A program made the translations under genes and the position numbers. Shown in pieces: positions 24,180-37,641 of a stretch of 64,000 nucleotides of DNA; positions within the stretch are counted from its first letter, which is position 1; each line of letters begins with the position of its first letter. Under the pieces are notes generated by a model, which had not been told where the DNA came from, ran no database searches, and saw only the letters and a list, made by a program, of their open reading frames with translations. The stretch is taken from assembly GCF_003334355.1 (NCBI RefSeq), contig NZ_QOWP01000024.1. One strand, written 5' to 3'. This DNA is from Escherichia coli (GTDB taxonomy: Bacteria; Pseudomonadota; Gammaproteobacteria; Enterobacterales; Enterobacteriaceae).

Positions 24180-25568
24180 ATGACCATTACTCCGGCAACT
24201 CATGCAATTTCGATAAATCCTGCCACGGGTGAACAACTTTCTGTGCTGCCGTGGGCTGGCGCTGACGATATCGAAAACGCACTTCAGCTGGCGGCAGCAG
24301 GCTTTCGCGACTGGCGCGAGACAAATATAGATTATCGTGCTGAAAAACTGCGTGATATCGGTAAGGCTCTGCGCGCTCGTAGCGAAGAAATGGCGCAAAT
24401 GATCACCCGCGAAATGGGCAAACCAATCAACCAGGCGCGCGCTGAAGTGGCGAAATCGGCGAATTTGTGTGACTGGTATGCAGAACATGGTCCGGCAATG
24501 CTGAAGGCGGAACCTACGCTGGTGGAAAATCAGCAGGCGGTTATTGAGTATCGACCGTTGGGGACGATTCTGGCGATTATGCCGTGGAATTTTCCGTTAT
24601 GGCAGGTGATGCGTGGCGCTGTTCCCATCATTCTTGCAGGTAACGGCTACTTACTTAAACATGCGCCGAATGTGATGGGCTGTGCACAGCTCATTGCCCA
24701 GGTGTTTAAAGATGCGGGTATCCCACAAGGCGTATATGGCTGGCTGAATGCCGACAACGACGGTGTCAGTCAGATGATTAAAGACTCGCGCATTGCTGCT
24801 GTCACGGTGACCGGAAGTGTTCGTGCGGGAGCGGCTATTGGCGCACAGGCTGGAGCGGCACTGAAAAAATGCGTACTGGAACTGGGCGGTTCGGATCCGT
24901 TTATTGTGCTTAACGATGCCGATCTGGAACTGGCGGTGAAAGCGGCGGTAGCCGGACGTTATCAGAATACCGGACAGGTATGTGCAGCGGCAAAACGCTT
25001 TATTATCGAAGAGGGAATTGCTTCGGCATTTACCGAACGTTTTGTGGCAGCTGCGGCAGCCTTGAAAATGGGCGATCCCCGTGACGAAGAGAACGCTCTC
25101 GGACCAATGGCTCGTTTTGATTTACGTGATGAGCTGCATCATCAGGTGGAGAAAACCCTGGCGCAGGGTGCGCGTTTGTTACTGGGCGGGGAAAAGATGG
25201 CTGGGGCAGGTAACTACTATCCGCCAACGGTTCTGGCGAATGTTACCCCAGAAATGACCGCGTTTCGGGAAGAAATGTTTGGCCCCGTTGCGGCAATCAC
25301 CATTGCGAAAGATGCAGAACATGCACTGGAACTGGCTAATGATAGTGAGTTCGGCCTTTCAGCGACCATTTTTACCACTGACGAAACACAGGCCAGACAG
25401 ATGGCGGCACGTCTGGAATGCGGTGGGGTGTTTATCAATGGTTATTGTGCCAGCGACGCGCGAGTGGCCTTTGGTGGCGTGAAAAAGAGTGGCTTTGGTC
25501 GTGAGCTTTCCCATTTCGGCTTACACGAATTCTGTAATATCCAGACGGTGTGGAAAGACCGGATCTGA
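24180..25568 (+). CDS. sad: NAD-dependent succinate-semialdehyde dehydrogenase
   Basis: Aldehyde dehydrogenase signatures (VLELGGSDP; catalytic Cys in GQVCAAAKR). The likely start is MTITPATH, giving 462 aa. Confidence 0.85.
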   Translation: MTITPATHAISINPATGEQLSVLPWAGADDIENALQLAAAGFRDWRETNIDYRAEKLRDIGKALRARSEEMAQMITREMGKPINQARAEVAKSANLCDWYAEHGPAMLKAEPTLVENQQAVIEYRPLGTILAIMPWNFPLWQVMRGAVPIILAGNGYLLKHAPNVMGCAQLIAQVFKDAGIPQGVYGWLNADNDGVSQMIKDSRIAAVTVTGSVRAGAAIGAQAGAALKKCVLELGGSDPFIVLNDADLELAVKAAVAGRYQNTGQVCAAAKRFIIEEGIASAFTERFVAAAAALKMGDPRDEENALGPMARFDLRDELHHQVEKTLAQGARLLLGGEKMAGAGNYYPPTVLANVTPEMTAFREEMFGPVAAITIAKDAEHALELANDSEFGLSATIFTTDETQARQMAARLECGGVFINGYCASDARVAFGGVKKSGFGRELSHFGLHEFCNIQTVWKDRI

Positions 25569-25631
25569 CGCGACATATTCAGCTCTGATATACTCGCAGG
25601 TCTTTTCAGACCTGCGGTCCAGGAGTAGAAA

Positions 25632-26558
25632 GTGGCAGTCGCCATGGATAATGCAATTTTAGAAAACATCTTGCGGCAAGTGCGGCCGCTCATTGGTCAG
25701 GGTAAAGTCGCGGATTATATTCCGGCGCTGGCTACAGTAGACGGTTCCCGATTGGGGATTGCTATCTGTACCGTTGACGGACAGCTTTTTCAGGCCGGAG
25801 ACGCGCAAGAACGTTTTTCCATTCAGTCTATTTCCAAAGTGCTGAGTCTCGTTGTCGCCATGCGTCATTACTCCGAAGAGGAAATCTGGCAACGCGTCGG
25901 CAAAGATCCGTCTGGATCACCGTTCAATTCCTTAGTGCAACTGGAAATGGAGCAGGGTATACCGCGTAATCCGTTCATTAATGCCGGTGCGCTGGTGGTC
26001 TGCGATATGTTGCAAGGGCGATTAAGCGCACCACGGCAACGTATGCTGGAAGTCGTGCGCGGCTTAAGCGGTGTGTCTGATATTTCCTACGATACGGTGG
26101 TAGCGCGTTCCGAATTTGAACATTCCGCGCGAAATGCGGCTATCGCCTGGCTGATGAAGTCGTTTGGCAATTTCCATCATGACGTGACAACCGTTCTGCA
26201 AAACTACTTTCATTACTGCGCTCTGAAAATGAGCTGTGTAGAGCTGGCCCGGACGTTTGTCTTTCTGGCTAATCAGGGGAAAGCTATTCATATTGATGAA
26301 CCAGTGGTGACGCCAATGCAGGCGCGGCAAATTAACGCGCTGATGGCGACCAGTGGTATGTACCAGAACGCGGGGGAGTTTGCCTGGCGGGTGGGGCTAC
26401 CGGCGAAATCTGGCGTTGGTGGCGGTATTGTGGCGATTGTTCCGCATGAAATGGCCATCGCTGTCTGGAGTCCGGAACTGGATGATGCAGGTAACTCGCT
26501 TGCGGGTATTGCCGTCCTTGAACAATTGACGAAACAGTTAGGGCGTTCGGTTTATTAA
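25632..26558 (+). CDS. glsB: Glutaminase 2
   Basis: 308-aa ORF, serine-dependent glutaminase fold (SISKV motif). Confidence 0.85.
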   Translation: MAVAMDNAILENILRQVRPLIGQGKVADYIPALATVDGSRLGIAICTVDGQLFQAGDAQERFSIQSISKVLSLVVAMRHYSEEEIWQRVGKDPSGSPFNSLVQLEMEQGIPRNPFINAGALVVCDMLQGRLSAPRQRMLEVVRGLSGVSDISYDTVVARSEFEHSARNAAIAWLMKSFGNFHHDVTTVLQNYFHYCALKMSCVELARTFVFLANQGKAIHIDEPVVTPMQARQINALMATSGMYQNAGEFAWRVGLPAKSGVGGGIVAIVPHEMAIAVWSPELDDAGNSLAGIAVLEQLTKQLGRSVY

Positions 26559-26917
26559 TGCAGTCTCTCGATCCACTCTTCGCGCGTTTATCCCGTTCAA
26601 AATTTCGCTCTCGCTTTCGTCTGGGCATGAAAGAGCGTCAGTATTGCCTGGAGAAAGGCGCGCCAGTCATCGAACAACATGCGGCGGATTTTGTCGCTAA
26701 ACGTCTTGCTGCGGCATTACCGGTTAATGACGGTAAGCAAACCCCCATGCGCGGGCATCCGGTGTTTATCGCTCAGCACGCCACCGCGACCTGCTGTCGC
26801 GGTTGTCTGGCTAAGTGGCATAACATTCCGCAGGGTGTTTCGTTAAGCGAAGAACAACAACGTTATATCGTGGCGGTAATCTATCACTGGCTGGTTGTAC
26901 AGATGAATCAGCCATGA
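26558..26917 (+). CDS. yneG: DUF4186-family protein YneG
   Basis: 119-aa ORF whose ATG overlaps the glsB stop by 1 nt. Confidence 0.75.
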   Translation: MQSLDPLFARLSRSKFRSRFRLGMKERQYCLEKGAPVIEQHAADFVAKRLAAALPVNDGKQTPMRGHPVFIAQHATATCCRGCLAKWHNIPQGVSLSEEQQRYIVAVIYHWLVVQMNQP

Positions 26918-27028
26918 GAATTGCGGAAAACGACAAAATAGCATTCCCAGGGTACCTTTATTTGCCGCCGCTGTCAGCGAACATGCTATCTTGGTTCGGT
27001 CAGTATTGATAGTCTGGATTTCTGGCCT

Positions 27029-27976
27029 TTGCTTGCGGACTGGTTCAGTGAGCAATTCTCAACGGGCGTGTTGATCGTGCCTTGTATGCTGACGTTGGCT
27101 ATTCCTGGAGTGCTGCCGCGCTTTAAAGCAGAACAGATGATGCCCGCCATCGCGCTTATTGTGTCGGTTATTGCCTCGGTAGTCATTGGCGGAGCGGGGA
27201 GTCTGGCGTTCCCGCTGCCTGCATTAATCTGGTGTGCAGTGCGCTATACGCCGCAGGTAACATGTCTGTTGACCTTTGTCACCGGTGCGGTGGAAATCGT
27301 ACTGGTGGCAAATTCGGTGATTGATATCTCGGTCGGTTCGCCGTTCTCCATTCCGCAAATGTTCTCCGCACGTCTCGGTATTGCCACGATGGCGATATGC
27401 CCAATTATGGTTTCTTTTAGCGTGGCAGCGATCAATTCGCTAATGAAGCAAGTTGCGCTGCGAGCCGACTTTGATTTTCTGACTCAGGTTTACTCACGGT
27501 CCGGTCTTTATGAGGCGCTGAAAAGTCCATCGCTGAAACAGACACAACATCTGACTGTCATGCTGCTTGATATCGACTATTTCAAAAGCATTAACGATAA
27601 CTATGGACATGAATGTGGCGATAAAGTGTTAAGCGTGTTTGCCCGGCATATTCAGAAGATTGTCGGTGATAAGGGGCTGGTGGCGCGAATGGGCGGCGAA
27701 GAATTTGCTGTTGCAGTGCCGTCGGTGAATCCTGTCGATGGTCTGCTAATGGCGGAAAAAATCCGTAAAGGCGTTGAACTGCAACCATTCACCTGGCAAC
27801 AAAAAACGCTTTATCTCACGGTAAGTATTGGCGTCGGTAGTGGTCGCGCATCGTACCGAACGCTGACCGATGACTTTAATAAATTGATGGTCGAAGCCGA
27901 TACGTGTCTGTATCGCTCGAAGAAAGATGGGCGCAACCGTACCAGCACTATGCGTTACGGTGAGGAAGTTGTCTGA
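27029..27976 (+). CDS. dgcF: Membrane-anchored diguanylate cyclase (GGDEF)
   Basis: 315-aa ORF with N-terminal TM segments and a GGEEF motif (RMGGEEFAVAV). Confidence 0.85.
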   Translation: MLADWFSEQFSTGVLIVPCMLTLAIPGVLPRFKAEQMMPAIALIVSVIASVVIGGAGSLAFPLPALIWCAVRYTPQVTCLLTFVTGAVEIVLVANSVIDISVGSPFSIPQMFSARLGIATMAICPIMVSFSVAAINSLMKQVALRADFDFLTQVYSRSGLYEALKSPSLKQTQHLTVMLLDIDYFKSINDNYGHECGDKVLSVFARHIQKIVGDKGLVARMGGEEFAVAVPSVNPVDGLLMAEKIRKGVELQPFTWQQKTLYLTVSIGVGSGRASYRTLTDDFNKLMVEADTCLYRSKKDGRNRTSTMRYGEEVV

Positions 27977-28202
27977 CATCTTTATTCATTACGCGCGATT
28001 TGAATGCAATGTGTTCTACCACTTTATGATCCAGGAAAAGGCGTTTTTCCTCGATTAAACCATGATCCGCGCCACACTTTTCTCATAAAACTGCTCATTA
28101 ATCATCAGGAGTTGATCAAAACAGGGGTTCGGCGTATTAAAGTTTGCTAACCTGTCGTACCAATTCAAACAGGTTGTATGACTAATCAGAAGGGAACCCA
28201 TT

Positions 28203-29654
28203 GTGAAAACACTAAATCGTCGCGATTTTCCCGGTGCACAGTATCCAGAACGTATCATTCAGTTTGGTGAAGGTAACTTCCTGCGCGCCTTTGTTGACTG
28301 GCAAATCGATCTCCTGAATGAGCACACCGATCTGAATTCTGGCGTGGTCGTTGTTCGTCCGATTGAAACTTCATTCCCGCCGTCACTGAGCACGCAGGAT
28401 GGTCTGTACACCACCATTATCCGTGGCCTGAATGAGAAGGGGGAAGCGGTCAGCGACGCGCGTCTGATTCGCTCGGTTAATCGTGAAATCAGCGTCTACA
28501 GTGAATACGATGAATTCCTGAAACTGGCGCACAACCCGGAAATGCGCTTTGTTTTCTCTAACACCACCGAAGCGGGTATCAGCTACCATGCGGGCGATAA
28601 ATTCGATGACGCGCCAGCGGTAAGCTATCCGGCAAAACTGACCCGTCTGCTGTTCGAACGCTTTAGCCATTTCAACGGTGCGCTGGATAAAGGTTGGATC
28701 ATCATTCCGTGTGAGTTGATTGACTACAATGGCGACGCGTTGCGTGAACTGGTGCTGCGCTATGCGCAAGAGTGGGCACTGCCAGAAGCATTTATTCAAT
28801 GGCTGGATCAGGCTAACAGCTTCTGTTCTACGCTGGTGGACCGTATCGTTACCGGTTATCCGCGCGATGAAGTGGCTAAACTGGAAGAAGAACTGGGTTA
28901 TCACGATGGTTTTCTCGACACCGCTGAACACTTTTACCTGTTTGTGATTCAGGGACCGAAATCCTTAGCGACTGAACTGCGTCTGGACAAATATCCGCTC
29001 AACGTGCTGATTGTTGACGATATTAAACCGTACAAAGAACGCAAAGTGGCAATCCTCAACGGTGCGCACACCGCGCTGGTGCCGGTGGCGTTCCAGGCAG
29101 GGCTGGATACCGTAGGTGAAGCGATGAACGATGCTGAAATTTGCGCATTCGTTGAAAAAGCTATCTACGAAGAAATTATTCCGGTACTGGATTTGCCTCG
29201 TGATGAACTGGAATCTTTCGCCAGTGCAGTCACCGGGCGTTTCCGTAACCCGTACATTAAGCATCAGCTGCTGTCTATCGCGCTCAACGGTATGACCAAG
29301 TTCCGCACTCGCATCCTGCCGCAGCTGCTGGCAGGGCAGAAGGCAAAAGGCACACTTCCGGCGCGCCTTACTTTCGCATTAGCGGCATTGATTGCCTTCT
29401 ATCGCGGTGAGCGTAACGGAGAAACATATCCGGTACAGGACGATGCACACTGGCTGGAACGTTATCAGCAACTCTGGAGCCAGCATCGTGACCGTGTTAT
29501 CGGCACCCAGGAACTGGTAGCGATTGTTTTGGCAGAAAAAGACCACTGGGAGCAGGACCTGACGCAAGTGCCTGGTCTGGTCGAGCAGGTTGCTAATGAC
29601 CTGGATGCGATTCTTGAAAAAGGGATGCGCGAAGCTGTACGTCCGTTGTGCTAA
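28203..29654 (+). CDS. uxaB: Altronate (tagaturonate) oxidoreductase
   Basis: 483-aa mannitol-dehydrogenase-family ORF with a GTG start. Confidence 0.85.
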   Translation: MKTLNRRDFPGAQYPERIIQFGEGNFLRAFVDWQIDLLNEHTDLNSGVVVVRPIETSFPPSLSTQDGLYTTIIRGLNEKGEAVSDARLIRSVNREISVYSEYDEFLKLAHNPEMRFVFSNTTEAGISYHAGDKFDDAPAVSYPAKLTRLLFERFSHFNGALDKGWIIIPCELIDYNGDALRELVLRYAQEWALPEAFIQWLDQANSFCSTLVDRIVTGYPRDEVAKLEEELGYHDGFLDTAEHFYLFVIQGPKSLATELRLDKYPLNVLIVDDIKPYKERKVAILNGAHTALVPVAFQAGLDTVGEAMNDAEICAFVEKAIYEEIIPVLDLPRDELESFASAVTGRFRNPYIKHQLLSIALNGMTKFRTRILPQLLAGQKAKGTLPARLTFALAALIAFYRGERNGETYPVQDDAHWLERYQQLWSQHRDRVIGTQELVAIVLAEKDHWEQDLTQVPGLVEQVANDLDAILEKGMREAVRPLC

Positions 29655-29860
29655 TAACACCGTTACTTCTGAACCCGGTTTCGACCGGGTTTCTTATTTC
29701 ACTATATTAGTTACAACATCCTATGTGCCTTTATCATTAACAGATGCCACATGCAGCGCCTGTTAATGTTGTAAGCTTGTAGGTAATTTGTAAGTAGCGT
29801 CTTGAGAATGTGATCGTAATCACGTTTAATAGGGCGACTTTTTCACGCCTGAAGATAACC

Positions 29861-30775
29861 ATGATTGTTCGTCCACAACAACACTGGCTGCGCCGTATTT
29901 TTGTCTGGCACGGCTCAGTATTATCCAAGATATCATCGCGCTTACTACTCAATTTTCTCTTTTCTATCGCTGTTATTTTCATGCTGCCCTGGTACACGCA
30001 TCTGGGCATCAAATTCACCCTCGCACCGTTCAGCATTCTCGGTGTCGCCATCGCCATTTTTCTTGGTTTTCGTAATAATGCCGGGTACGCCCGTTACGTT
30101 GAAGCGCGAAAACTTTGGGGGCAGTTGATGATTGCCTCACGGTCGTTACTGCGCGAGGTAAAAACGACATTGCCGGATTCGGCAAGTGTAAGGGAGTTTG
30201 CCCGGTTGCAAATCGCCTTCGCCCACTGTTTACGCATGACATTACGCAAACAGCCACAGGCGGAAGTGCTGGCTCATTATCTCAAGACTGAAGATCTTCA
30301 GCCTGTACTGGCTTCGAACTCTCCAGCTAACCGTATCTTGTTAATAATGGGGGAGTGGTTGGCGGTTCAGCGCCGCAATGGGCAGCTTTCAGATATCCTG
30401 TTTATTAGCCTCAACGATCGGCTTAATGATATTTCAGCGGTTCTGGCAGGCTGTGAGCGCATTGCCTACACGCCAATTCCCTTTGCCTACACCCTGATTT
30501 TGCATCGTACCGTTTATCTGTTTTGTATCATGCTGCCGTTCGCGCTGGTCGTGGACCTGCATTACATGACGCCTTTTATCTCTGTGCTGATTTCCTACAC
30601 TTTTATTTCGCTGGATTGTCTGGCGGAAGAACTGGAAGATCCGTTCGGTACTGAAAACAATGATTTACCACTGGATGCCATCTGCAACGCTATTGAAATT
30701 GACCTGTTACAGATGAACGATGAAGCCGAAATTCCAGCAAAAATTCTTCCCGATCGTCATTACCAGCTGACGTGA
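29861..30775 (+). CDS. yneE: Bestrophin-family (UPF0187) membrane protein
   Basis: The likely start is MIVRPQQHW, giving 304 aa; the track ORF extends 17 codons upstream. Confidence 0.75.
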   Translation: MIVRPQQHWLRRIFVWHGSVLSKISSRLLLNFLFSIAVIFMLPWYTHLGIKFTLAPFSILGVAIAIFLGFRNNAGYARYVEARKLWGQLMIASRSLLREVKTTLPDSASVREFARLQIAFAHCLRMTLRKQPQAEVLAHYLKTEDLQPVLASNSPANRILLIMGEWLAVQRRNGQLSDILFISLNDRLNDISAVLAGCERIAYTPIPFAYTLILHRTVYLFCIMLPFALVVDLHYMTPFISVLISYTFISLDCLAEELEDPFGTENNDLPLDAICNAIEIDLLQMNDEAEIPAKILPDRHYQLT

Positions 30776-30778
30776 TAT

Positions 30779-31537
30779 TTACTCCATACGCCGGGCAACA
30801 ATAAACAGACGCGGAAATGCCAGCAGTATCTGTCCGTTCTCTTGCAGTGGATACTGCTCTTCCAGCATCTGATGGTAGCGCTTAAGAAAAAGCTGCTGTT
30901 CGCTCTCGGTCAGATCCTGTAACCACGGACGTAATCCAGTGGCAGTCACCCAATCGATAATCGCCTGGTGTGACGGCATCTGGTGATAGTAGGTGGTTCG
31001 CCAGATATCGACCTCACATCCGGCTTCGCTCAAAATATCGTAGTAAGCATGAACGCCAGCCAACGGCTCACGCCCGCGATCCGGGTAGTTTTGTTCCCAG
31101 GCAACTTCGCGCATGAGCACATGGGTCGGCTCCAGCCAGTTATCTGGCATCTGTACTGCCAGCACGCCCTGCGGATTAAGTAAAGAAACCAGATGAGGAA
31201 ACAATTCGTAGTGGTCGGGCAGCCATTGCAGTGAGGCATTAGCAAAAATCAGATCGAGTGCCTGTACCGGTTGCCAGTTGCGGATGTCTGCTTCCACGAA
31301 CTGGCAGTCTGGCAAAGCACTGCGCGCTTCAGCAATCATCGCCGGAGACGAGTCGATGCCTGTTATCCTGGCCGCAGGCCAACGTTGTTGTAGAAGGGCG
31401 GTGCTGTTACCTGGGCCACAGCCAAGATCGGCAACATATTCGACATTTTCCAGCGGCACTCTGGCAAGCAGCTCCACCGCCGGACGCGATCGTTCAGCGG
31501 AAAAGTGCAAATATAAAGAGGGGTTCCAGTCAGACAT
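30779..31537 (-). CDS. tam: Trans-aconitate 2-methyltransferase
   Basis: 252-aa ORF with a SAM-binding motif ([12 protein letters not shown]). Confidence 0.85.
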
Positions 31538-31593
31538 TTTTTTACTCCCGTCAGCGCGTTACCCCAATTGTAGATAAAATTGATAAATTCGCC

Positions 31594-31884
31594 TCACGGC
31601 ATCAAACCATTGAACAGACGTTTTTTACGCGGCCCGGTCATTAAAGATTCCAGTTTCGCGACACAGGTTTTGTAGTGGGGCGTGGTTTTATGGAACGCCA
31701 CTGCGTCTTCATCTTTATAGGCTTCGTAGATATAAAAGCGCGAATTCACTTCCGGGTCCTGTAAGACATCGAAGCGCAAATTGCCTTCTTCCTGTACAGA
31801 GCCCAGGTGGTTCTGGCGAAAAACTTCGATAAACTCGTCAACCTTGTCTTCATGAACGTTAATTTCAACCAGTGTGACGTGCAT
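31594..31884 (-). CDS. lsrG: Phospho-AI-2 isomerase LsrG
   Basis: 96-aa antibiotic-biosynthesis-monooxygenase-fold ORF at the end of the lsr operon. Confidence 0.85.
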   Translation of the reverse strand: MHVTLVEINVHEDKVDEFIEVFRQNHLGSVQEEGNLRFDVLQDPEVNSRFYIYEAYKDEDAVAFHKTTPHYKTCVAKLESLMTGPRKKRLFNGLMP

Positions 31885-31907
31885 AATTCTTCTCCTTAGA
31901 TCCGCAG

Positions 31908-32783
31908 TTACTGTTTTTCACTCAGATAGAGTTCATATGCTCGATCAGCCGTTTCGTTATGGTGAACCACCGCCTGTACGGCTTTCATCATCGCCACCGG
32001 ATGGTCAGACTGGAAAATATTACGCCCCATATCCACACCAGAAGCGCCCTGATCGATAGCCTGCCAGCACATTTCCAGCGCCTCGCGCTCCGGTAATTTT
32101 TTACCGCCAGCAATAACAATGGGTACCGGACATCCGGCAACAATCCGTTCAAAACCTTTTTCGACATAATAGGTTTTGATAATTTGCGCCCCCATTTCAG
32201 CGGCGATTCGAGTCGCGAGCGAGAAATAACGCTGATCGCGCACCATATCTTTGCCCACGCCAGTCACGGCCATGGTCGGCATTCCCACTTTCATTCCGGC
32301 ATCAACCAGCTGAATAATATTTTTGATCGACTGATGTTCATATTCGCTGCCGATATAAACCTGCGCCGCCACCGCGCAACTGTTCAGGCGCACGGCGTCA
32401 TCCATCGATAACGCCACGGCTTCATTACTTAATTCCGCCAGAATAGAGTTCGCACCTGACGCCCGCAGTACCACCGGCCTATTGGTCGCAGGGGGAACTA
32501 CGCTGCGCAAAATGCCGCGCGTACACATTAATACATCGGCATGTTCAAACAGCGGGGCGATATTTATATCAATGCGTTCAAGTCCGGTAGTCGGTCCCTG
32601 AAAATAACCATGGTCAAAAGCCAGCATCACGGTTTTACCCGTTTTCGGATTAAATATCCGCGATAAGCGTGACTGCATTCCCCAATCCAGCGCACCGCAA
32701 CCTTTCAGGGTAAAAGGGATATTTTTTTGCGGTTGATCGGTACGAAAATCTTTACCATCTTTAATATCGTCTAAATCTGCCAT
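31908..32783 (-). CDS. lsrF: 3-hydroxy-2,4-pentanedione-5-phosphate thiolase LsrF (class I aldolase family)
   Basis: 291-aa DeoC/FbaB-type aldolase-fold ORF. Confidence 0.85.
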   Translation of the reverse strand: MADLDDIKDGKDFRTDQPQKNIPFTLKGCGALDWGMQSRLSRIFNPKTGKTVMLAFDHGYFQGPTTGLERIDINIAPLFEHADVLMCTRGILRSVVPPATNRPVVLRASGANSILAELSNEAVALSMDDAVRLNSCAVAAQVYIGSEYEHQSIKNIIQLVDAGMKVGMPTMAVTGVGKDMVRDQRYFSLATRIAAEMGAQIIKTYYVEKGFERIVAGCPVPIVIAGGKKLPEREALEMCWQAIDQGASGVDMGRNIFQSDHPVAMMKAVQAVVHHNETADRAYELYLSEKQ

Positions 32784-32809
32784 AACTTACTCCGGTTAAG
32801 TAATGCACA

Positions 32810-33832
32810 TCAGAAATCGTATTTGCCGATATTCTCTTTGTTGAATATCACGCGCTCCGGTAACAGTACGATGCCATTACCATCCGCTTCGTAGTCATAG
32901 CCCTGAACGCTGTTTGGCGAGACTTCAACCTGACCTACGCCCTTGATATCCAGCTTGTCGCCCGTTTTCATTGATCCTTTTTTCAATAATGCATCCGCGA
33001 CATACACTGAAATTTTGCCTTGCTGAACCACATCCCACAGGCCAAATTCTTTCACCGTGCCGCGCTCTACATACGGGCGCATCACATTTGGCGTACTGAA
33101 TCCGACAATCGCTACTTTGTCATTTTTCAAGTTTTCTGCGGCTTGTGCGGCAGCGGGCAGGGCGTTGGCATCGGGGGCGATAATGGCGTCGAGATCGCTA
33201 TACGCTTTTAATATTCCTTCTGCGGTTTGTAACGATTTAGTGGCATCGTTATAGCCAAACTGCGTAGTGACAATTTCCCAGCCTGGATGCTCTTTGGCGA
33301 TTTTCGCTTTCGCTTCTTTCACCCACTGGTTTTGGTCCGTAACGGTGGGGCTTGAGTAGAAAAACGCGACTTTGGCTTTGTCTTTATTCACCTGACGCGC
33401 CGCCATATCCACCAACATACCTCCTAACTGGGCGGGCGTTCCCTGATTAATGTAGTAAGAGCGGCACTCCGGTTTAGTATCAGAGTCCCAGGTCAGCACT
33501 CTCACACCACGTTGCATGGCGCGTTTCAGTGCCGGACACAAGCCATCAGGCGAAACCGCAGAAACGATAATGGCGTTATAACCTTGATTGACGAAGTTAT
33601 TAATCAACTGTACCTGACCAGAAACACTGGGTTCTGTCGGCCCGTCGTAGGTCACATCAACGCCCAGCTCTTTACCCGCTTGTTGTGCGCCGTTGCCACC
33701 GCTGGTAAAAAATCCCACGCCAACCAGTTTGGGAATAAATGCAATACGCTCTGCGGCCTGCACATTCATAGAGATTGCGGCAATGCCAAGAGCGCTAAGT
33801 AAGGCGATTTTCTTAAAGCGATGAAGTGTCAT
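32810..33832 (-). CDS. lsrB: Periplasmic AI-2 binding protein LsrB
   Basis: 340-aa ORF with a signal peptide and a periplasmic sugar-binding fold. Confidence 0.85.
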
Positions 33833-33843
33833 GAAGATATCCT

Positions 33844-34836
33844 TTATGGCAATGGGTTATTGGCCCGACGCGCCAGCCACTCTTTAATTTGCTGGCGATG
33901 CAGGCTAACGGAACGACCTACGACAACGACGATAAGTAGCGCACCGGAAAGGGCGCTGGACACCTGATTTGGCACTCCTGCCATTTGCAAACCTTGTTGC
34001 AAATATCCCACTAATAAAACCGCAATGGCGGTGCCGATAATGGAACCGGAACCACCATAAATATTGGCCCCGCCAAGCACCACGGCGGTGATGGCGGGCA
34101 TCAGAAACGACGCACCGAGATCGGAACGTGCTGAACCAAAATACGATACCAGCAGCACAGCGGCGACCGCAGACGCCAGCCCCGTCATGGCATAGAGCGC
34201 ACATAAGGTACGGTTAACTGGAATCGCGCTATAAAGCGCCACGCGCGGGCTTTGCCCAATCAAAAACACATTACGTCCGGCATGGGTTTTATGCAGCCAG
34301 AGCCAGAAAACGAGGAGACATATCAGGAAGATAATCAGCGGAACGGGGAGTCCCAGCACATCCAGGTTAGCGAAATCTGTAAACGCCATCGGGAATCCAC
34401 CAATACCTTCGTACCCCGTCGCTCCGGCCATACCGGAAAGCAGCAGAGCGCTTCCGGCAAACAGATACAGCGTGCCAAGCGTAATCACCAGCGGGTTAAC
34501 TTTGGTATAGATAATTAATCCGGCGTTGATTAGCCCGCACAATGCGCCGAGCAGTAAGGTCAGGAGTATCGCCAGCGGCATCGGCACACCACTTTGAAAC
34601 AGTACGCCCAATGCAATGGCGCAGAGGCCGATGGTCGAACCAAACGAAATATCGATCCCGCCACTGACAATCACCATCGTTAGCGGTAGGGCGACAATGC
34701 CAATGCAGATAAAGTCACTGGTGCTGAACAGCAACATATTGAGATCTAACATTCGCGGGTTAATTGCACCAAATGCGACAATCTCAATAACGAGCAGTGC
34801 GGCAAGAGCCAGTTCCCAACCGTAGCGAATACGCAT
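33844..34836 (-). CDS. lsrD: AI-2 ABC transporter permease LsrD
   Basis: 330-aa permease; its stop overlaps the lsrC start. Confidence 0.85.
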
Positions 34837-35864
34837 TATGCGGCCTCCCGTTTTTTACCTGACGAAGCGGGTTTAACGGATGGCGGTGGCGTCATAAAGC
34901 GGGCATATTTTTGCCGCCGTAGATTACGTTCCAGCGCACAACGCAGGCGTCCATCAAACACCAGCACCGCCAGCAGAACCAGACCCGCGATAAAATCATT
35001 CCACCATGCCGGAATGCGCAACAGCACCAGTACGCTATCGATCTGCGTCAGGAACCATGCGCCGAGTACCGCACCAATGATCGCACCGGAACCACCGAGC
35101 AAACTAATGCCGCCCAGCACGCAGGCTGCAATTGCTTTCATCTCCAGCCCGGTACCGGTCTGGTTGGGGATAAAACCAATCTGCGAAGCAAACACAATTC
35201 CCGCCAGTGCCGCCATGCAGCCGTTCAACGAAAATGCCACAATGCGAATGGCTTCAGTACGAACGCCCAGTTGACGAGCGCCCTGTAAATTATCGCCCGT
35301 GGCATAAAAACTGCGTCCAAACGCCGTCTTTGCCAGCAGCCAGGCCATAAATGCCACCAGAATTATCGTCAACCAACCAATTGCTGAAACGCCAAGCAGC
35401 AGCGGGGCGGAGAGCTGTTTCAGTTCGGCGGGTAACCCTTCAATCCATTTGCCGCCAGTCCACAGCAACATGATGCCTCTGTACAACCCTAACGTGCCAA
35501 GGGTGGCAACAATGGCAGGGATCTTTAGCCACGCGACCAGGACACCGTTGAAAAATCCCGCGAGCAAACCAAGCAGTAAAGTCGCGACACAAGCAACAGG
35601 TAGTGAATATCCTGCGTTCAGTAACATCCCCAACAGCACCGCGCACATTCCGGTAATCGAACCCACTGAAACATCAATATTGCGCGTAAGCATTACCAGC
35701 GTCGCGCCCATTGCCAGCAGGATCAGGATTTGCGCGCTGCTATAAACCATGGTCAGCGTTTGCACACTTAAATACTGGCGGTCGAGAAAACCGGGTAATA
35801 CAAACAGCAGCACCACCGCCAGCAGTGCCGTGATTTCACGGTTGTTCTGAATAAACTTCAGCAT
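34836..35864 (-). CDS. lsrC: AI-2 ABC transporter permease LsrC
   Basis: 342-aa permease; overlaps lsrA by 7 nt. Confidence 0.85.
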
Positions 35865-37393
35865 GACGCCTCCTGACGCTGACTATCGCCGAAGGCAACG
35901 CGCATAATAGTCTCGACATTAATATCGCGCTCGGTCAGTGCAGAGTGGGTAATTTCGCCCTGATGCATCACATACACACGATCTGCCATCAGTTCGATCT
36001 CTTCCAGGTCGGAGGAGATAAGCAGCACAGCCACATTTTGTGCGGCGATGCTGCGCAACAGCTGGTAGATATCATTACGGGCCGAGACATCCACGCCGCG
36101 CGTCGGCTCATCGACAATCAATACTTGCGGCGAAGCTTCCAGGCATTTGGCAATGAGGATTTTTTGCTGGTTGCCACCGGATAATGTCCGTGCAGCTTGT
36201 TCCGGTTGGTTGAATTTAATATTCAGCGCCCGACGATAACGTTCCAGGGTGGCATTATCTTTCGCGGTTTTCGCCCAGAATCCACGAAGGTTATGAGTAA
36301 GGGCGCAGACGTTCCAGGCCAGCGAAGCATCGAGATTCAGTCCGGATGACTGGCGATCTTCCGGCAGATAAACCAGACCGCGCAGTAAACGTTCTCCAGT
36401 GGATAATTTATTGATCTCTTTACCATTCAGCATAATGCGTCCGCCACGCAAAGTACGCAGACCATAGAGCGTCTCGGCCAGTTCTGTGCGTCCGGCCCCC
36501 ACCAGCCCAGCCAGGCCCAGAATTTCTCCGGCATTGAGCGTCAGGCTGACATTCCTGAAACCTTCGCCGGTCAGATTTTCCAGTGTCAGCACCGGCGTTC
36601 CGGCGGCATGTTGTGGGCGGTTACCAGGTAACTCCAGCCATAATTTTTGGCTGGCAGAGAGCGATTTTTCCCGTACCGCTGGGGTGATGGCCTGAATAAT
36701 GTCGTCGGTAGACAGTTCGCTGGTTTTGCCGCTTAAGGCGATGGTTCCGTCGCGCATCACGCTAATTCGATCGGCAATCTGGCGAATTTCCGGCAGCTTA
36801 TGCGAGATAAAAACAATACCCACGCCAGTAGCAAGCAGCTCTTGCAAGCGACTAAACAAGCGTTCGGTTTCCGCAGGGGTAAGCGAGGCGGTAGGTTCAT
36901 CGAGGATCAGAATCCGCGAGTCGCGCATCAGCCCGCGGAGGATTTCCACCATTTGGCGATCGGCGACATCCAGCGATCCTGCCAGACTATGCAGATCAAA
37001 CTGGCAGCCCAGCGCCGCCAGCAAGTTCTTCATTTTCTGCATGGAGAGCTGTTTTTTTGCCAGCCCAAACAGGATGTTTTCTTTTATCGACAGGCTTGGG
37101 AAAAGCAGCGGTTCCTGGGGAACGAGATAAATACCCAGCTGATGAGCATGAACTGGCGTTAATCTGACGTAGTTGTTGCCCTCAATCTCCAGCGTACCGC
37201 TATCAGCAGGGGTAATACCGGCAATAATCTTCATTAACGTCGATTTACCGGCACCATTGCCGCCGAGCAGGGCGTGGACCTCCCCCTGATGCAACGTAAA
37301 ATCGATGCCTTTCAGGACATTGACCCCTGAATACTGTTTATAAACCGAGCGGGCGCAAAGTAGCGGTAACGCGCGGGTATCACTCGTTTGCAT
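35858..37393 (-). CDS. lsrA: AI-2 ABC transporter ATPase LsrA (two nucleotide-binding domains)
   Basis: 511-aa ORF with duplicated Walker A motifs (GGNGAGKST and GLVGAGRT). Confidence 0.9.
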
Positions 37394-37641
37394 ATTTCCC
37401 CCGTTCAGTTTTGCAGGTGAGTTTTGAACAAATGTATTTCTGCTTTTAATTTGTTCATAACCTTAGGTGGACATTGCACATATTTCCGACGAATAGATCA
37501 CAATTTATGCTATTTTGATTTTCACGGTTGCGTTTGTTCATGCTCGTAGAGTCAAACTGTGGTTGCCATCACAGATATAAATGAGCAAGAACTGAACAAT
37601 TGCATTAAAGATTTAAATATGTTCAAAGTGAAGAATGAATT
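37394..37641. promoter_or_regulatory. Divergent lsrA / lsrR promoter-operator region
   Basis: 248-bp AT-rich intergenic region between divergent lsrACDBFG and lsrRK. LsrR and CRP are known to act here; individual sites were not mapped. Confidence 0.5.

Noticed and set aside
28383-29264. Minus-strand ORFs of 182 and 99 aa within uxaB
   Set aside because: Antisense overlap with a well-supported oxidoreductase ORF; no start context or homology.
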